Assembly (NCBI GenBank): GCA_030141605.1
Contig: JAQGDQ010000452.1
Span: 103,580 to 167,579 of the forward strand
Direction of reading: 5' to 3'
Origin: Tubiluchus corallicola
Taxonomy: Eukaryota; Animalia; Priapulida
DNA: 64,000 bases
Position numbers and translations under genes: made by a program. This document shows, in pieces, positions 12,351-26,354 of the stretch (position 1 is the first letter of the stretch; every line of letters begins with the position of its first letter). The notes below the pieces were generated by a model. It saw only the letters and a program-made list of their open reading frames with translations, made no database searches and had not been told where the DNA came from.

Positions 12351-12512
12351 ATGGCGAGTATGGATGAAGAGCAAAGCTTGAAGGAATGCGAATCTTATGT
12401 CCAAAGACACAACATTCAGCAAATGCTTAAAGATGCTATTGTTCAACTATGTATTAATCGTCCTGAAAATCCTTGCAGTTTTTTAAAAGATTACTTTGCT
12501 AGGCTGGATCAG
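12351..12512 (+). CDS. PRKAR1: PKA type I regulatory subunit, exon 1: dimerization/docking (D/D) domain
   Basis: [54 protein letters not shown] is a typical RI D/D sequence; aagATGG context; donor CAG|gtgagt, phase 0. Confidence 0.95.
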
Positions 12513-14914
12513 GTGAGTGTTGAAAACTACGTTGATTTAAATTGCAATTGTTGACATCTGTAGGCCATTGGCCTAAGCCTAATTATTGTAATTTTGTTAA
12601 ATTAAATCTAAGTCCAGCAACTGATCTTGTAGGCTCGATGTTATGTTGTGAATTTATGATTACTTTTTACATTTGTTTAATATACGTATCACCAGCAACA
12701 ACTAATATGATTATTATTCACTTTTCGTGCTGTGCTGTTACCTAACACAGACGCTCAAATTGAACACTGGCATTAATTGTATAGTAGTACTTCAGGTAAG
12801 ACAGTTATGTGCTAAGTATGCATTTACTTATTTATGCTTTGATTTAAATAAGACTTTGATTAAATAGACGCATTTAAAATTAAAAACAGTTATTGTACAA
12901 ACAGAAGTCGAATTGTAAGAGTGGAAAGCTATAATTATTATTAGCACAACTATCGCAACCTTGAAATGCACCATGTTAGGTCACTAATCAGTATGATCTT
13001 GTGCTACCTGTATGTGAAAAAACGGGATCTAATCTTAGTGCACAAATCAGAAAACTCTTGTTATCAATGAAGGATATGTATATTTGCAAAATTAAAATAT
13101 TTGGATCCTCTTAAAGCATCCTCTTTCACTTTAAGTTTTCAGATATAAAATAATTTATATAAATATAACTGCAAATACATCTGAAGTTATGCTGAGACTT
13201 TAGTGCTCCGATGGGATGCAATAGAAATTTTGAACATATTTAAGCAGATAATTCCAGATGACTAATTATCAGCAAGCCAAAAATTGCCATTGAAAATTGC
13301 CTATATTAATGCTTGTGTTAAATAACGTAGTGCAAAATCCTAGTTTTATTTTCCTAACAATTGTCCCGTATGGTTATGAAGTTAGTCCTTCAAGGAACTA
13401 GTATTTTCCACAATAATTTCTTAGTGTTGTGGAATCTGATTCTAGCCATAACTAGTATAACTAGTAGCTACGTAGCTAACATGGTTTTTGAGTTTATGAT
13501 TTACTTTATACAGTCAGGCACTAACAGTCCTGGGCCTGTACATGATCAAAGAGACAAAAATATATGTACTGCACGTGTCATGGTCAATCTCAACCAATTA
13601 TATCCATTTATACTTTGCCAAGTAGGGTTGCACTGCACACAGGCTAGATTTTACCAAACAGAAAGGATACGAACCTTTAAAGTTTTTCTTACCAAATGAA
13701 ATGTACGGTAAAATGTCAATTCCAAACATAAAATTTGCAGAGTTTTTGTATATCATACTGAATGTTGTACAGTAGTACTGTACTCAAATTTTCACTTTTG
13801 CAAACACGTGCAACACGCTGATAGAATGTTTGTACTGTTGAAAATTACATTCATTTGTGATGTCATCATTTTTTAGTTGGGCCTGTTAATTAATTTTTAA
13901 CCTCTTATTTAATTATCAGAAATGCTTTGACATTATTATAGGTGTGAAAATGTATACTTTTTACCATACTTTAAAATGGAGTAGGATATGAAAAATCATC
14001 CTGTTATCCTCTAGTTGGCTTCTTAATTGGCTTTAGAAGTCAGAAGCCAGTAAAAAGTTAAAACTTTCCTCATTCACTCCCATTTTTGTTTGCGCTGTTC
14101 GCCTGCATAAGTGTAGTGTTGAAAACAAATTTTGCTGTCGAATCAAGTCTGTCGCAGGCCTTATGCTCTGCAGAGAAATATAACTGAATGAAAGCAACAA
14201 TTCTTTAATAAATTTCATGGCTTACAAATGATTTTTGTATAATTTATAATTTATAATCTTTATAGATAGACTATAACTATGTCCACTTCAATTTATTAGT
14301 CAAAAGTAATTACGTAAAAGGAATTACGTGACTAACTAACACATTAAATAACCTATGCCAATAAAACTGTGAATTTAGCTCGAACTTGAAATATTCTTGG
14401 TATGCCATAAATTCTATACATTGCAAATTGCAATTTTCTGCACTGAGTTAATTGATTAAAAACATTTGTGCTTAAGAAAAGTGGAAAAAATTGCTTTAGT
14501 GAATGGATATCACTAAAATGCAAATTCAACTTGCAACGAATATTTTGTGAAGTAAGCAGATATGTTAATTGAATTAGATATGTTAATTGAATTGTTTTCG
14601 TGCTTAGTAAATTGAACTATGTAAATAAATGGCAAGGAGAAAATTGAAACCCCGCACTTCAGAAGTCAACGTTGCACCAAATTGCTGCCTAGAAAATAAA
14701 AGCTTAACAAAATTGTCTTAAAATTTAAATGAGCTAATATGCCGCCATCGCAGATATGATCAGCAACAACAAAAAGTGAAGTGCTTTGTTTTTTATTTGG
14801 ATGCCAGGCATCTCGTACCAAATTACAATTTTTAGAACTGCCTTAGTCCCCATGTATCAAGACTTTTGGCCAGTTCAAAGCTAGCTGATGATGCAACGCC
14901 TGAGCAAATTAAAT

Positions 14915-15417
14915 TTAAAGGTCAACTTCAAAGTAAAAGCAAGTCTTTTTTAATTAACAGAGCTAACAGTAGCTTGAAATTTGACACTAATTCTACTAAA
15001 CTTCATTACATCTTTTCTAATTAAACTGGGCCTCAAAGTTGCATTTTTCCCCCAAAAACATTTTGTTCGATTTTGCTTGTGGAATTTTGGAAAATCGCAT
15101 TCGAAACAAATGCACTAGGAACAGTTTCCTTGGATACCGCATCGTTTCTGTGATGCTGAGTTTATAAACAATGCTACATAGTGATAACCAAATGCAAATG
15201 CTGTCTTATCTAAGGACTGAGATTTTGTTGGCATCATCTAACGAGTAAAACATGCTAGATCAAGTTTGAGACTTTCTTCAGAAATGATACCTTCACACCC
15301 GATTTGCTTTTGTACAAACCACCAAAAGAAAGTTAGAGTTATCAGAAAATCTCAGTTAGGACATTTTCTTTCCGTTTTTGTGTAAAACTGAAACTTCACT
15401 CTGCATTTGACCTTTAA
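14915..15417. mobile_element. Non-autonomous DNA transposon with TTAA ends (Kolobok-like MITE)
   Basis: Termini ttaaaggtcaa ... ttgacctttaa; second copy at 4602. Confidence 0.6.
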
Positions 15418-17924
15418 ATAAACAAATTTTCATGAAACAACGTTCTTCTTAGAACTCTACATTTGTGTTGCCAAACTGGAGCCAAATTGGAATACTGGAT
15501 TGGATGTTTTTCAGTTCAACTTTGAGAAAAAACTTTCTGCAATAAATGTAAAAAAATCTCAATTTTAAAAGTGAAACACATTGAGTAACCCGTGGCACCC
15601 TAAAATTTTGATCTCCGATGCATCACTTTTGTTATGTTTCCTAATTTTTTGAGAAGCTTTAAAGCTTTTAAAATTGTATTCACTGATGTAGTTTGTGTAA
15701 CTAATATGTACATAAAAGTGAGATATGTGCACAATAATTCATTAGCTATTATAGTTTTAGCTATTTATTGTATATACATAATACCTGCTGCATTGAAATT
15801 TGTGAACGGCTTTTAGTACACAACCTTGATACAGGCTTATCGTCGCTGTTGATTGGCTGCTGATTGGCTGCTGACGATGGACGTCTTGTAATTATTTTGC
15901 TGTTCATATGGGAATTACATTTAGATTACAGGTTAATTTGCTAGGTGAGTTTGAGTTACAGTGATAATCCTAGTCTGCTGTTGATTCTGGGAGAGTGAAT
16001 GCCATACTGACTTTATTGATTTTGTAGATGTCTTTGTGCTTAGGGAATATTGTTGGCTAGCCTAACTAGGAGCATAGGACATGAAGCCCAAGCTGTGCTA
16101 TTGAATGAAACTAGGGCTGTGGGTAGCTGTTCCCGTACCTGAATAGCAGTCCTACTTTAGTGGTAATCATCAAGTAACGTTTCGTGTATGAGTAATAGCT
16201 TGTGTGTTCATTTTCTCTTCCTACGCTGGAATGTTCTTTAAATGGCATATGGATTAGCTTTCATTCGTATAGCGTAATTTCCGCTGAGGTTTCACATGTG
16301 AAGCAAGGCCGCGAGGGTCATTTGTATATTGCTGACCACGACTGCAGCCACTGCGTCACTTTTTGCAAGGTTACTCTTGTTTACAAACAACTTTTTCATC
16401 GTTTCACTCTCCTGTACATTCTGTATATGCTTACTGTGGTATGTATGTTTTATGTCTGCTGTCCTGCTTGTCTGCATATGTTGTATTTAAGGCTCACCAA
16501 CAAACATTTTAACTCACCATCGAATGCATTTCGACATTACAGTTGCTTATTCGACCATAGAGAATATTGTGCTTAATGATGTAGATGCATAATTCCAGTC
16601 GAGTTTGTTAGTTTTTGTGATCATTTTGAAAATGTTGCAACGTTCAGTAACTTCAGCCTTCATTCCTTCCTTTTTCTTGCAATTGGAGGGAGAGAGAGAG
16701 AGATTCATTTACAGCTTGCCAAAACACACTTATTATGTTATTGCTAATTTTTAAAATACAAAGCAATAAAAACCTTAGTAATAAATAATGTTTAACACAC
16801 ACGCACACATGCCCGCATGCACAAACACGCACTTGTTTAGCAAAAAGTAGTTTTTTTGTTCACCCTGCATTGGATAACTTAGATGTGGATTCTGGCTTAA
16901 ACTAAGCTAAAGCATATCCTCGCCTCAGCTGGCCCCATAATCGCTGCACTTGATGTTTGAAGTTTGTTTGTTTCCCAGGTAGCATATGAGTAATGTGAGA
17001 TCATCGCAGCTGGTCCTAGAAACTTTGTATTTCATTAGTTACGTGTATCATCTTGAATTTCTGAAAGTGCTACTTATGATTTATTCATTTAATAGCTAGT
17101 AGTAATGCAGTGTCTGGTAATTGTGGCTTCTTGTTTGCATAATCACACAACAGATGGCAGCACTGGTTTGAATTAATCTTAGTTGTACCTAAATCCCATC
17201 ATTGCCGAGTGAAAATTGATCTGCTTGCATTTCTTGATTTCATGGATAATGTCAGCAGAAACACTTTGCAAAATTCTGCCTCATTTGGAGTCTAAAATTT
17301 ATACGTGTATAAACCAATTTATGAACATAAGAAGTCGGTTCTGTCCTAATTTGCTCTACTTTCATCTGCTTTTCAATTTTCTTCATCAAATTTGATTGAG
17401 TATGTTTGGGGATATGGATTTCTCTGCTCGGCTTTTGTTGCCTTGTTTGATGGTGCCGCAGCGTCTTAATTTATCTTCTGCCTTCACAGTTGTAAATCTA
17501 CGGTATACAAAGCTGCAAATTTAACATCGGAGCTAAAGAAACGCTTTTCATACTTGGGATTTTTAAATGATTAGTCCTAAAGTTATTTCTCTGAGCTTGC
17601 AGTACAGTTAATCGAACAGAAACAGGATCATAAACCTACTAGAATACAGTCAATTGCATTTTAGATTTAAAAACTGTAGCAAAGTCGTTGCAAAGGCTTG
17701 AGCAACAAGTGAATGAACCTTGGATGACAGTCTACGGGATGTTTTGATTGCTCATTCTGATTTGTGACAACATATAGATTGAGGATCTGAATGTGACCAG
17801 TGGACTTTCCTAGGAATTTGAGATACTCAAGATGGCGGCCAAGATATCTAGAAACGTTGCACCTGAACTACTGGCTAATGTCTTTCTAGTTAGTGGGAAC
17901 TACACTGTACTTAGTTACGCTTGT

Positions 17925-18370
17925 GATCTTCCTCTCCCCTCACTGTTTCTCACTCTCTCTCCCTCTTTTTCTCTGTTCTCTCTTCCCCCTTTCTCTCCTC
18001 CCTTCCTCTTTCATTCTCGCCTTCTCTTTCTGTCTTCCTTTTTGTCTGTTTCTCTGCTTCTCTCCATCTCTCTCGTCTGCACACTCTCTGTCTCTTTTCT
18101 CTGTTTCTCATCTCTCTGTGGCTCTCCTCTGCTGCTCTTTCTTTCATTCTCGCCTTCTCTTTCTGTCTTCCTTTTTGTCTGTTTCTCTGCCCCTATCTCT
18201 CTCCCCCTCTCTCGTCCGCACACTCTCTGTCTCTTTTCTCTATTTCTCATCTCTCTGTGTCTCTCCTCCGCTTCTCTTTCTTTCACTCTCGCTTTCTCTC
18301 CCTTTTTGTCTGTTTCTCTGCCTCTCTCTCTCTCTCTTCCCCTCTCTCGTCCGCATGCTCTCTGCCTCAC
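17925..18370. repeat. CT-rich low-complexity tract with about 130-bp higher-order repeats
   Basis: tttcattctcgccttctctttctgtcttcctttttgtctgtttctctgc recurs. Confidence 0.85.
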
Positions 18371-21300
18371 ACAGACACGCTGAACTCATTCAGCTAGGCT
18401 GAACTCTTTGAAACTTTCGTCATGGCAATTATCACTTTGCGGGCCAAGTGAAGCAGACATGATCGGATTCGACAGAGAGAGAGAGAGAGAGCAGTTGCAA
18501 GAGTAATAAGATTCAATAAGATTGCAGCTGCAAGTTCATTGGCGGTCTAACCATGGTTTTCTACAAGCCTGGTTGTGACGTTTGCCGTCAAAAACAGTTG
18601 CTAATCAAGGTCTTGACAATAAGGGCTTGACATCATCTTGTTCAGGCCAGGAAAGAGTTGGTTGCTTTATTTGTGGGTGAGAGGCCACTTTTTCCATAAA
18701 ACTAGATCTGCCACTTCTAATGCATGTAAATCATGTAAGGATTTACTATAACGCATCGAGTCTATTGATTCGTCTTGTTTGCAAATAACTCACTGCCACT
18801 GTCGTGAGTTTATCAGAATCCTCTTATTTTAATGCCTTGTTGTTCAGAAAAGCTGATTTGCCTAGCTGCAAACCGGTTTAAGAGAATTTAATCAGACCGA
18901 GTTTTAATAAACTTGTCTTCTGATAAATATCGTGTTTCTAATTTAATTTTATAATTTACGTGCAAATGTTATGTGCTTTTTATAATTATCAAAACATTGT
19001 CTTTGGAATTCTGTACCAGAAAGTTGTTTCCGTGAAATCTACAATCTCACTTGACTAACAGATTGACCTGCCTCATATTCACTAGCATCCCTGTGATGTG
19101 AATTATATTCCTCTGGATACATATACGCGTTCTCACCTGTTTCACCTGTTTTTACTTGCACCACTTTACCTTTAGTGGCCAGTAACCTTGTTAAGGCGAT
19201 TGTTTCAGTGTAAGCCAGTAACTGAAATGCTGCCAATGACAGTGGCTTTTGACAAGGTTTGTCTTATACTTATGCGTGAGGGTAAAAGCACAGTGAACGC
19301 CCCCATTGGATTTTTAGCGGCGAAAGTGAATTTAAGATCTCGGTGTTTCATTTTACTCAAAAGACAATTCCATACTGATTAATTTAAGGTGATGTACTAA
19401 TTATGCTGCATAATTTCCAAAAGTTCCAGCCGTTTGCCTGGAGCAGCACTTGCCATTTACCAACATTTTGCATGTTGCCTGTAGGACTCTTTCTTTTGAG
19501 CATATTTTATTTGATTCCTGTTAGAACAATTTTCAACAATAACGTGGCAGCAATTATTTACCTTGCCCCCAGACCTTGTGCTACTTCATTTTCTGGACAT
19601 CCCCACACACTGTGGTGGCAGCCATTTTGGACAATAAGACGTGCTTGTTACCACTTTTCTCCGTTTACAAGAGAAGTTAGTCCAAAGGTCACTCCAGGGT
19701 GCACCACTCACTAACCAAAAAAAAATCTTATTGACAAGATACAGTTATTTAAAATTTTACTTAGTTGTTGACGTGTGTGCTACGAATGCTCTGTTCATTT
19801 TTTCAAATTTTACACAATGTTATCTAAACTTGTTTCAAACGACTTGTCGTAAAAATGGCTGCGCTTAACGGTCATCGCGGGAGTTTAAATTTACATGTTT
19901 TATACAGCGTTACTACCGATTGAAGTCCTGCATGCAAAAAGGCAGTGTGTAAGTGGAGGCTTTTCTTGTGCTTTAAGTATTCAGTTTGTGGAATAATTTA
20001 CTTATTTTGCTACTAAAGTCAAGGTCTATTGTTTGTTTAATTAAATCAACAGCATAAAGCCAAATAATTAATACAATTTTACCAAAATGTCACGTCTATG
20101 ATATGCGTTCATATGTCTGTCTATTACGTCAGCAAAACGTTTGTCATCATTAACTGAGCTGCTGGAATGAAAACATACTGGGAACATACTAAAACAAATA
20201 TTTGATTCCACTCTTTGGCCAAAATTAATTAGGCCTATTGTAATTAGTAAAATTATTAATAGTGATGAGTAGGCCTAATCGTTTCTCTATGTTAAATTTC
20301 CCTCCCCTTTTTTGTATGCAGCATGGAAAAGAATTTCATTTTTAGGCCATTTTGTACCTTTATTTTCTTGCTGTTGGTGTTCAGAACAATTTAATAATTG
20401 ATAGAGTGGTGACCTGATAGAATAATAGATAGAGTGGTAGCCATCCTATTTTCTGAAAGCTTGCTCATTATCCCTTATGCAAATCGGTGGTAGAGCTCTG
20501 CCTGTGAATGTATTCTCAACATGGTTGGCTTCAATATGTAATCTGACATCCCGCTAATGGGTTCTGTTCTTGTCAGGCGTTTAATGTGGCATCATATTTT
20601 TATCAAGACAAAAACTATAGTTTGCCTGGTTATTAAAGACTGCTTATTTGCCTGGTCATATAACAGCACAATTAGTATACATCACAATCAAACCAGTGTC
20701 TACTGTTCAGGAAGGGATTGCATGTTGCTTAACTTACATTAACGTCTAAAATAGTGCAAATACAAAAGCGAAATTACTTTTAATATCAAGGTCTGTATTT
20801 AGAATAATCTGTGATGCATTTCACTTGCTCTTGTTTTGTGATGTTCTATGACTGTTAATGAATGGCCTCAAAATTTAGATGAATTTCTCCGTGTAATTGC
20901 TTTTTTCTGTTACATTAGAAGAGATTGGAGTTTTGTGATAAAAGCTATCATAATGTATTATACTAATTTTCTAAATGGTGCTGGCATAATCATGACCTAG
21001 CATTTTATCTGTTTAACTGACATTACTGTTTCTGTTTTTATCATAAATTTATGCGTATAGTATATATACTAGTATTATCAAAACGTAATCTTGTATTCTG
21101 TTTTTAAGAAATTGTCGTTTACTATTTTTCCACTCTTTAAAAATCTGACTAGACCTAGTGATTAAGCATACACAATACCATTTCTTTGTTGTTCTTTGTT
21201 TTCATTTTTCCATTTTTTTCTTCCTGCAGTTTATATTATTAACTATCTGTAGCCTTTTATTGTTTTGGATAGTTATTACTTGGTTGGTAGTGATTTATAC

Positions 21301-21419
21301 AAGATTTTAATGAATATAAGCATATTGTGCATCGCTTCAATGTACATGTAGTTATGACTAAGGTATTGCATCTCCTTCCTCCTTTGCGTCCTTCTCATTT
21401 TTCTCCTCTTCTTTCCCAT

Positions 21420-21550
21420 TTCAACCATAGCTATAATAAGGCGACATCTTCCTTCACCAAAATAAATAGCTGAAGGTTCTATGACAGATGAACATGGACA
21501 AAGCACCCACTCGTCCATCTACTAACTGGGCCCAGTGTTGCTTAACCCAT
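21420..21550 (-). mobile_element. 5S rRNA-derived SINE-like fragment
   Basis: Minus strand ggttaagcaacactgggcccagttagtagatgga resembles the 5S internal promoter region gctaagcagggtcgggcctggttagtacttgga. Confidence 0.35.
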
Positions 21551-22090
21551 TTGCAGTAAACCACACACTGTTGACATGCAGCTTGCCTTTTTTTAAGTTC
21601 TGATCCTTGTAGCTTCCCTACTATCGTCAGTGCTGCACACGAGTACTGGCAAATGTCAATAAAAGTGTAATTGAATTTTGGCTTCTCTCAGTCCAGCTGA
21701 CTGGATTTTTCTTGGTGACGCAATAGTTTCAGCTTCCTCGGATTTTCTTTGCTTGCACGGCATCTTTGATTAAACTGTTTGTTTCACTGGGCATTGAAGC
21801 CCTGGATGGTTGATGAATAAGAGATTGTGTAGCAGTATAACAGCTTCATTTCAAAATGGTTACGTGATGAAAGCGTGTAGTTTAGCGCTTCATTAATGCT
21901 CCTTCAATGCAGTAGCTTAAACCAGTTGCATGGAAAGTAAACTCAGAATGAATGTCCTGTGATGGTGAGCTGTTATGTTAATATTGATATGTGGAACCAC
22001 TTCAAAAACCACGAACAAAACTACTTGTATAGTTAAAAAATTGCCTTCTGATGTGATTATGTCACAGCGTCAATTTTGGATGCCCTTAAG

Positions 22091-22381
22091 ATGGGATTAC
22101 GGATTTCCTGCGTAACGGTGCCTAAGCAGTACATATCCGAGTGTACACAGACTTCAGATGTGGAGGATGTCTGCTTGAGATTTTCTCCGGATCATCGTCC
22201 GTCGCGGAGTGATGTAAAAAACGTGGACATGTCAACAGAACCCGTGTCCAACCAATCACCATGTGCCGGCGACAATGTTAAATTGACTGGAGATTGTGAC
22301 GAGAGAAATGTTACTGATGAAAACGCACAGCTGATAGGTAATAGCAGATTTCGTTATGACGGAGAAGCTACCGAGCTTGAG
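22091..22381 (+). CDS. Candidate alternative first coding exon of PRKAR1 (97 aa, MGLRISC...)
   Basis: aagATGG start just after an in-frame stop; 291-nt open, GC-richer, acidic frame ending at consensus donor GAG|gtaagt in phase 0, matching exon 2. Confidence 0.6.
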
Positions 22382-23373
22382 GTAAGTGTCCAGGAAGAGG
22401 CCCTCCATTTTGTAATATTAGAAGCCTGTGCAATTTATGCATATTAGAAGTCTAGTCACAGAGTTTTATCTCAAAGCTAAACTAAACATTGTTTTAGTTT
22501 GTATAAGTTGTTTAGCCATTGCCGTTTGAAAACAGCAATATCACATTTTTGTATAATTTCATGTACTATGTTTTGTGTATGTAAGCTTATGATCACGGGC
22601 ATGGAAGTACAACATTCTTGCTTCCATGTAAACTGACTTACAGGGATAATAAAAATAGTGCAATCAATAAAAGTGTCTTTAAAACAATGTCAGTGTCAAT
22701 AATCTTCACATTCACAACAATTGACATTTTATGACATGTACATATGCTGTTAGAGTGCATTAATAACAAAGGCGTACAGTCGCACATTTATTTGTGTTGT
22801 TTTCTCTTAAAATTAAGTACCTGTAAGAATCATTTCTGCCATCCAAACTCCACTCTGACTATCCTTAACCCTTTTGCTGATTACTGTCGATCGATTCTCC
22901 AACTTAGCTGTGTACCTGTGATATTCATGATCCTGACTAGAGTAGCTTTCTGCCCTCATCCCTCTTCACTGCAGGTGAAAGCAGTTGTTACTGAAGATAC
23001 AACAGACTATTCACACTTCACTTTTTTGTCTTCGAACAGTTATAGAGATTAAAGGCTGCTTTTTGATGCGTCTCCCACTGGCTTATAAAATTGTTGCCAA
23101 GCCTTTTGAGTGACTCATCTCACTGTTATTACTTATCATTGTAAATTATAACAAGCCTTTCTGACGTTGCCTGGTGTGTGTTACTACGAAATCAGTGTAC
23201 TGCCAAACCGTTGATAATATCACCAGCAGGAAACACCTTGGATTTTTTGTATATATTTCTATAGAAAACGAGCCTTTTCTAGTAACATTTCATCTATTAA
23301 AGGTTCACTTCATTCACCAAACTGCTGTAAAAAAGGAGAAGCAAATTTATAGACTTGTTTTTTGAATAGCTAC

Positions 23374-24026
23374 AACGAGGATTCTCAACCTCTTTTGTTA
23401 GGTATCCCCAGAGTTATTGGACCGTCGATCCGTACCGCAGAATTTACTCAATACGTACAATAAACTCGGTATAGAATATAGAACTGGTAATATATTAAAA
23501 CTAATTAACTACACACTGGCACCACAGTGGATTTCAAAAGGTCAAATTTTGAAGACTTCTTACAGAAGTGAAGCATTGACATCATATTATATACTATATT
23601 TAAGCAAACAGAAAGGAGCTTCTAAAACACCGTGTGGCAGTAACTAGGCCTATACGGTTATCAACTGACTTAAGTTAGCTGACGGCAATCGTCAACCACC
23701 TACACTCAAAACTGATTTGCAACTTCAGTGAAATGTAAATTCCATGTAAACATGCACACAGGGAAAATAAATCACGCTACTGACAAAACATAATCAATAG
23801 AAATACTCAAATTACATGATCAGCGATGTATATTTTGACCATTCAGGCCTGCTGTTTGAATGTGAAGTTATGAACAAGGCTGGCAGGATGCATACATTTA
23901 TAACTGCTATTTTCTTTCATTCCAGAATGCCTCAACTAGCACTCTTCCTCTACGTCCTTCCAAGCACTCCTGTTAATTGTCCTGTGATTTCCTAGGAATT
24001 TCCAAACCTCAGGTTGAGACTCTCTG
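23374..24026. mobile_element. Degenerate hAT/Charlie-like non-autonomous element
   Basis: Imperfect TIRs gaggattctcaacct ... aggttgagactctctg. Confidence 0.4.
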
Positions 24027-24777
24027 CATTGCAGAGTTATGGCTATATGCTCTTTGAACAATCGATGATTCAACAACGCTCACTCCTTTTACATATTCCA
24101 CGAATCAATTTAGCACTTAGGCAGAGAAATGATAAAGAGAACATTATGGCTTCAGAGCAATTTGCCCATCTTCTGTAAATACAGCATCTTTGCAGATCGA
24201 AAGCTAACCAACGATGATGGTCTGCTTGTTTTTGATTGAGTTTGTCATTACGACGGCAATTTTGGGTGAAATCAATTTGTGGCGCATTTGGAAAGATAAT
24301 TCTCTCTCATGGTTGGAAAATCCGATTGTCTTTCATTTTTCAAAAATGTGTGACCTTCCCTAGATGGGTGAACAGTGTTCAGTTCTTTGTTTGACTTGCA
24401 TTTGTCAAGCCAAACTGAAAGAGAGATTTTTATTTGTAGTTTACACAGTTATTTATTGTTTTGTTGCTTTGAAATCTTGACCTTTTTTATGAGAAAACTA
24501 CGTCAGTTCTACCCAATATGCAAAGATTTGGGGATTTATAATAGATTTTGATGATTTGGGCCTATGTTGCACATTAGGTACTGTTGGTGTAAAGCAAGTA
24601 CACATCTAATGAGAGTGCGTGTTTTTAAGTATTATCTTGGAAGATTTAAATCATACTTATAACTGTATTTTTGTTCACTAGAAATTCCTGATTCCATATA
24701 CAGACAAAACGAGTTAAGACATCATATTTATGACAATCAGCAACTAATTAATTGAACAAAGGAGGACTGGAAAACTG

Positions 24778-24849
24778 TGGCCCAACCAGGATTTGAACCA
24801 GAACCTTTTACCTTCAGGTCACATGCTCTGCCTAATGATCTACTGGGCC
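24778..24849 (-). mobile_element. tRNA-derived SINE head / tRNA pseudogene
   Basis: GGCCCAG/TTGGGCC acceptor stem and B box GGTTCAAATCC, but D and anticodon arms are broken. Confidence 0.55.
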
Positions 24850-24915
24850 AACTTAGCAGAATTGGTCTGAGACTTTCATGCTATTATTGAATAAACAATC
24901 AATACTTAATGTGGT

Positions 24916-25000
24916 ACACGCACTCACGCATGCGCGCACACACACACGCAGACACACGCATGCGCACACACACACGCATGCACACGTGCATGCACACGCA

Positions 25001-25048
<48 letters not shown>
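24916..25048. repeat. (CA)n microsatellite with CACG variants
   Basis: Direct reading. Confidence 0.95.
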
Positions 25049-25051
<3 letters not shown>

Positions 25052-25807
25052 CGGTTGGGAATTCGAAGCTGTACTTTTATTTTCCCAATATCTTTTCATT
25101 ACCAACCCCCAAATAGCTAAACTTAATTACTCTCTATCCAACATCAGAGACAAACAGGAAACTGCAGGAGGCTTATTGTCCTACGGAAATTAACCAGGCA
25201 TTCATCAATGCCAGCTGTTTATTAAAAAGCTGCTCGCCCTCTTTCTTCTTCTTTCAGCAGGGGAAGGTTTTTTCTCATGCCGAAACCTAATCACACTTTG
25301 TTGTTCTTTTCAGCTTCATCTTCATCATTCAGGCACTGATGTTAATGATTATATAAAGTGTTTGAATTGTGCAATAAATTAATTGGTATAATTTGCGTAC
25401 GGGCAATATTTTGTTTTGGAAAGATCATGCGAATGCATTCTCAATAAATGAATTTTTTCTGTAGAACTTAATTTTCATCATTTTTGCATCTGATCTATTA
25501 AATACAGTTTACATAACGCATCCAAGTCGAATACTTGGATTAACTTCTAATTCTAACTCAAATAAGACTTATGCTGCTGAAATTGGTACGAACTGCATTT
25601 TATAGAAAAATCGTTTTCTGAATTTTAAGTTGTATTATTATCGCTTGTTGCTGATTTTTTACTGAACGTTTCGTATGTAAACAATCACAAACCTGCATTT
25701 TTGTTTCAACCCTCATTGGCATGCATCTATTCTTTGCATTATTTTTTTACTTTTTTGCTTTTGAGTTTGCTTTTGAGTTTTTGACCATGCGACTTTTGAC
25801 GTTCATT

Positions 25808-26354
25808 TTAAACCAAAACCAGACGATTGATTAGATTAAATGACCTGTTCAAAAAGATTAAATCTCCTGTACAAAAAAATATTTTCTTGCCTATAAATGT
25901 TAGCAATTGTTTCTAATATTTAAATAATTACCTTGGAAAGTTAATTAACGGCAGCCGAATACAGTTATCACTTACATCACAAACTAACCATAGTTTTTGC
26001 AGTGGCAGGCATCTTCCATGCGGGTCAAGTACGCTTGCATAAGCGAAGATTGCTATAAGACGCTGATGTGATGTAGCGAAAATGAGTTCTACGTCACACT
26101 GAAGTCACAGATGAACACTGAAGTTCGTGATCATGCTTATCATGGTACCGACAAATAAGGCGCCATTGAAAGCCTTAGTGGATTCGCTGAGCCATGCGTA
26201 GCTTTGAAAGTTTAGCAAAATTTAACTATCCGAGGTACCGGTAATAAACATCTAATGTAAGCTTTGATTTACAACAAGCTGTTGTAGTTTTCAGTATTTT
26301 AGAACATACTTTATTCTGAACTAATGTCTACACAATCGTCCGGTTTCCCTTTAA
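25808..26354 (-). mobile_element. TTAA-flanked MITE, same family as 58289-58796, opposite orientation
   Basis: TIR-like ends (aaaaccagacgattg / caatcgtccggtttccctttaa); internal 26078-26150 matches the reverse complement of 58488-58558. Confidence 0.65.

Noticed and set aside
17832-18402. 183-aa hydrophobic and RE-rich ORFs
   Set aside because: Translation of a CT/AG low-complexity tract
24778-24849. Functional tRNA gene
   Set aside because: D stem and anticodon stem do not pair properly; treated as a SINE head or pseudogene
24853-25193. HT- and CV-repeat ORFs
   Set aside because: (CA)n microsatellite
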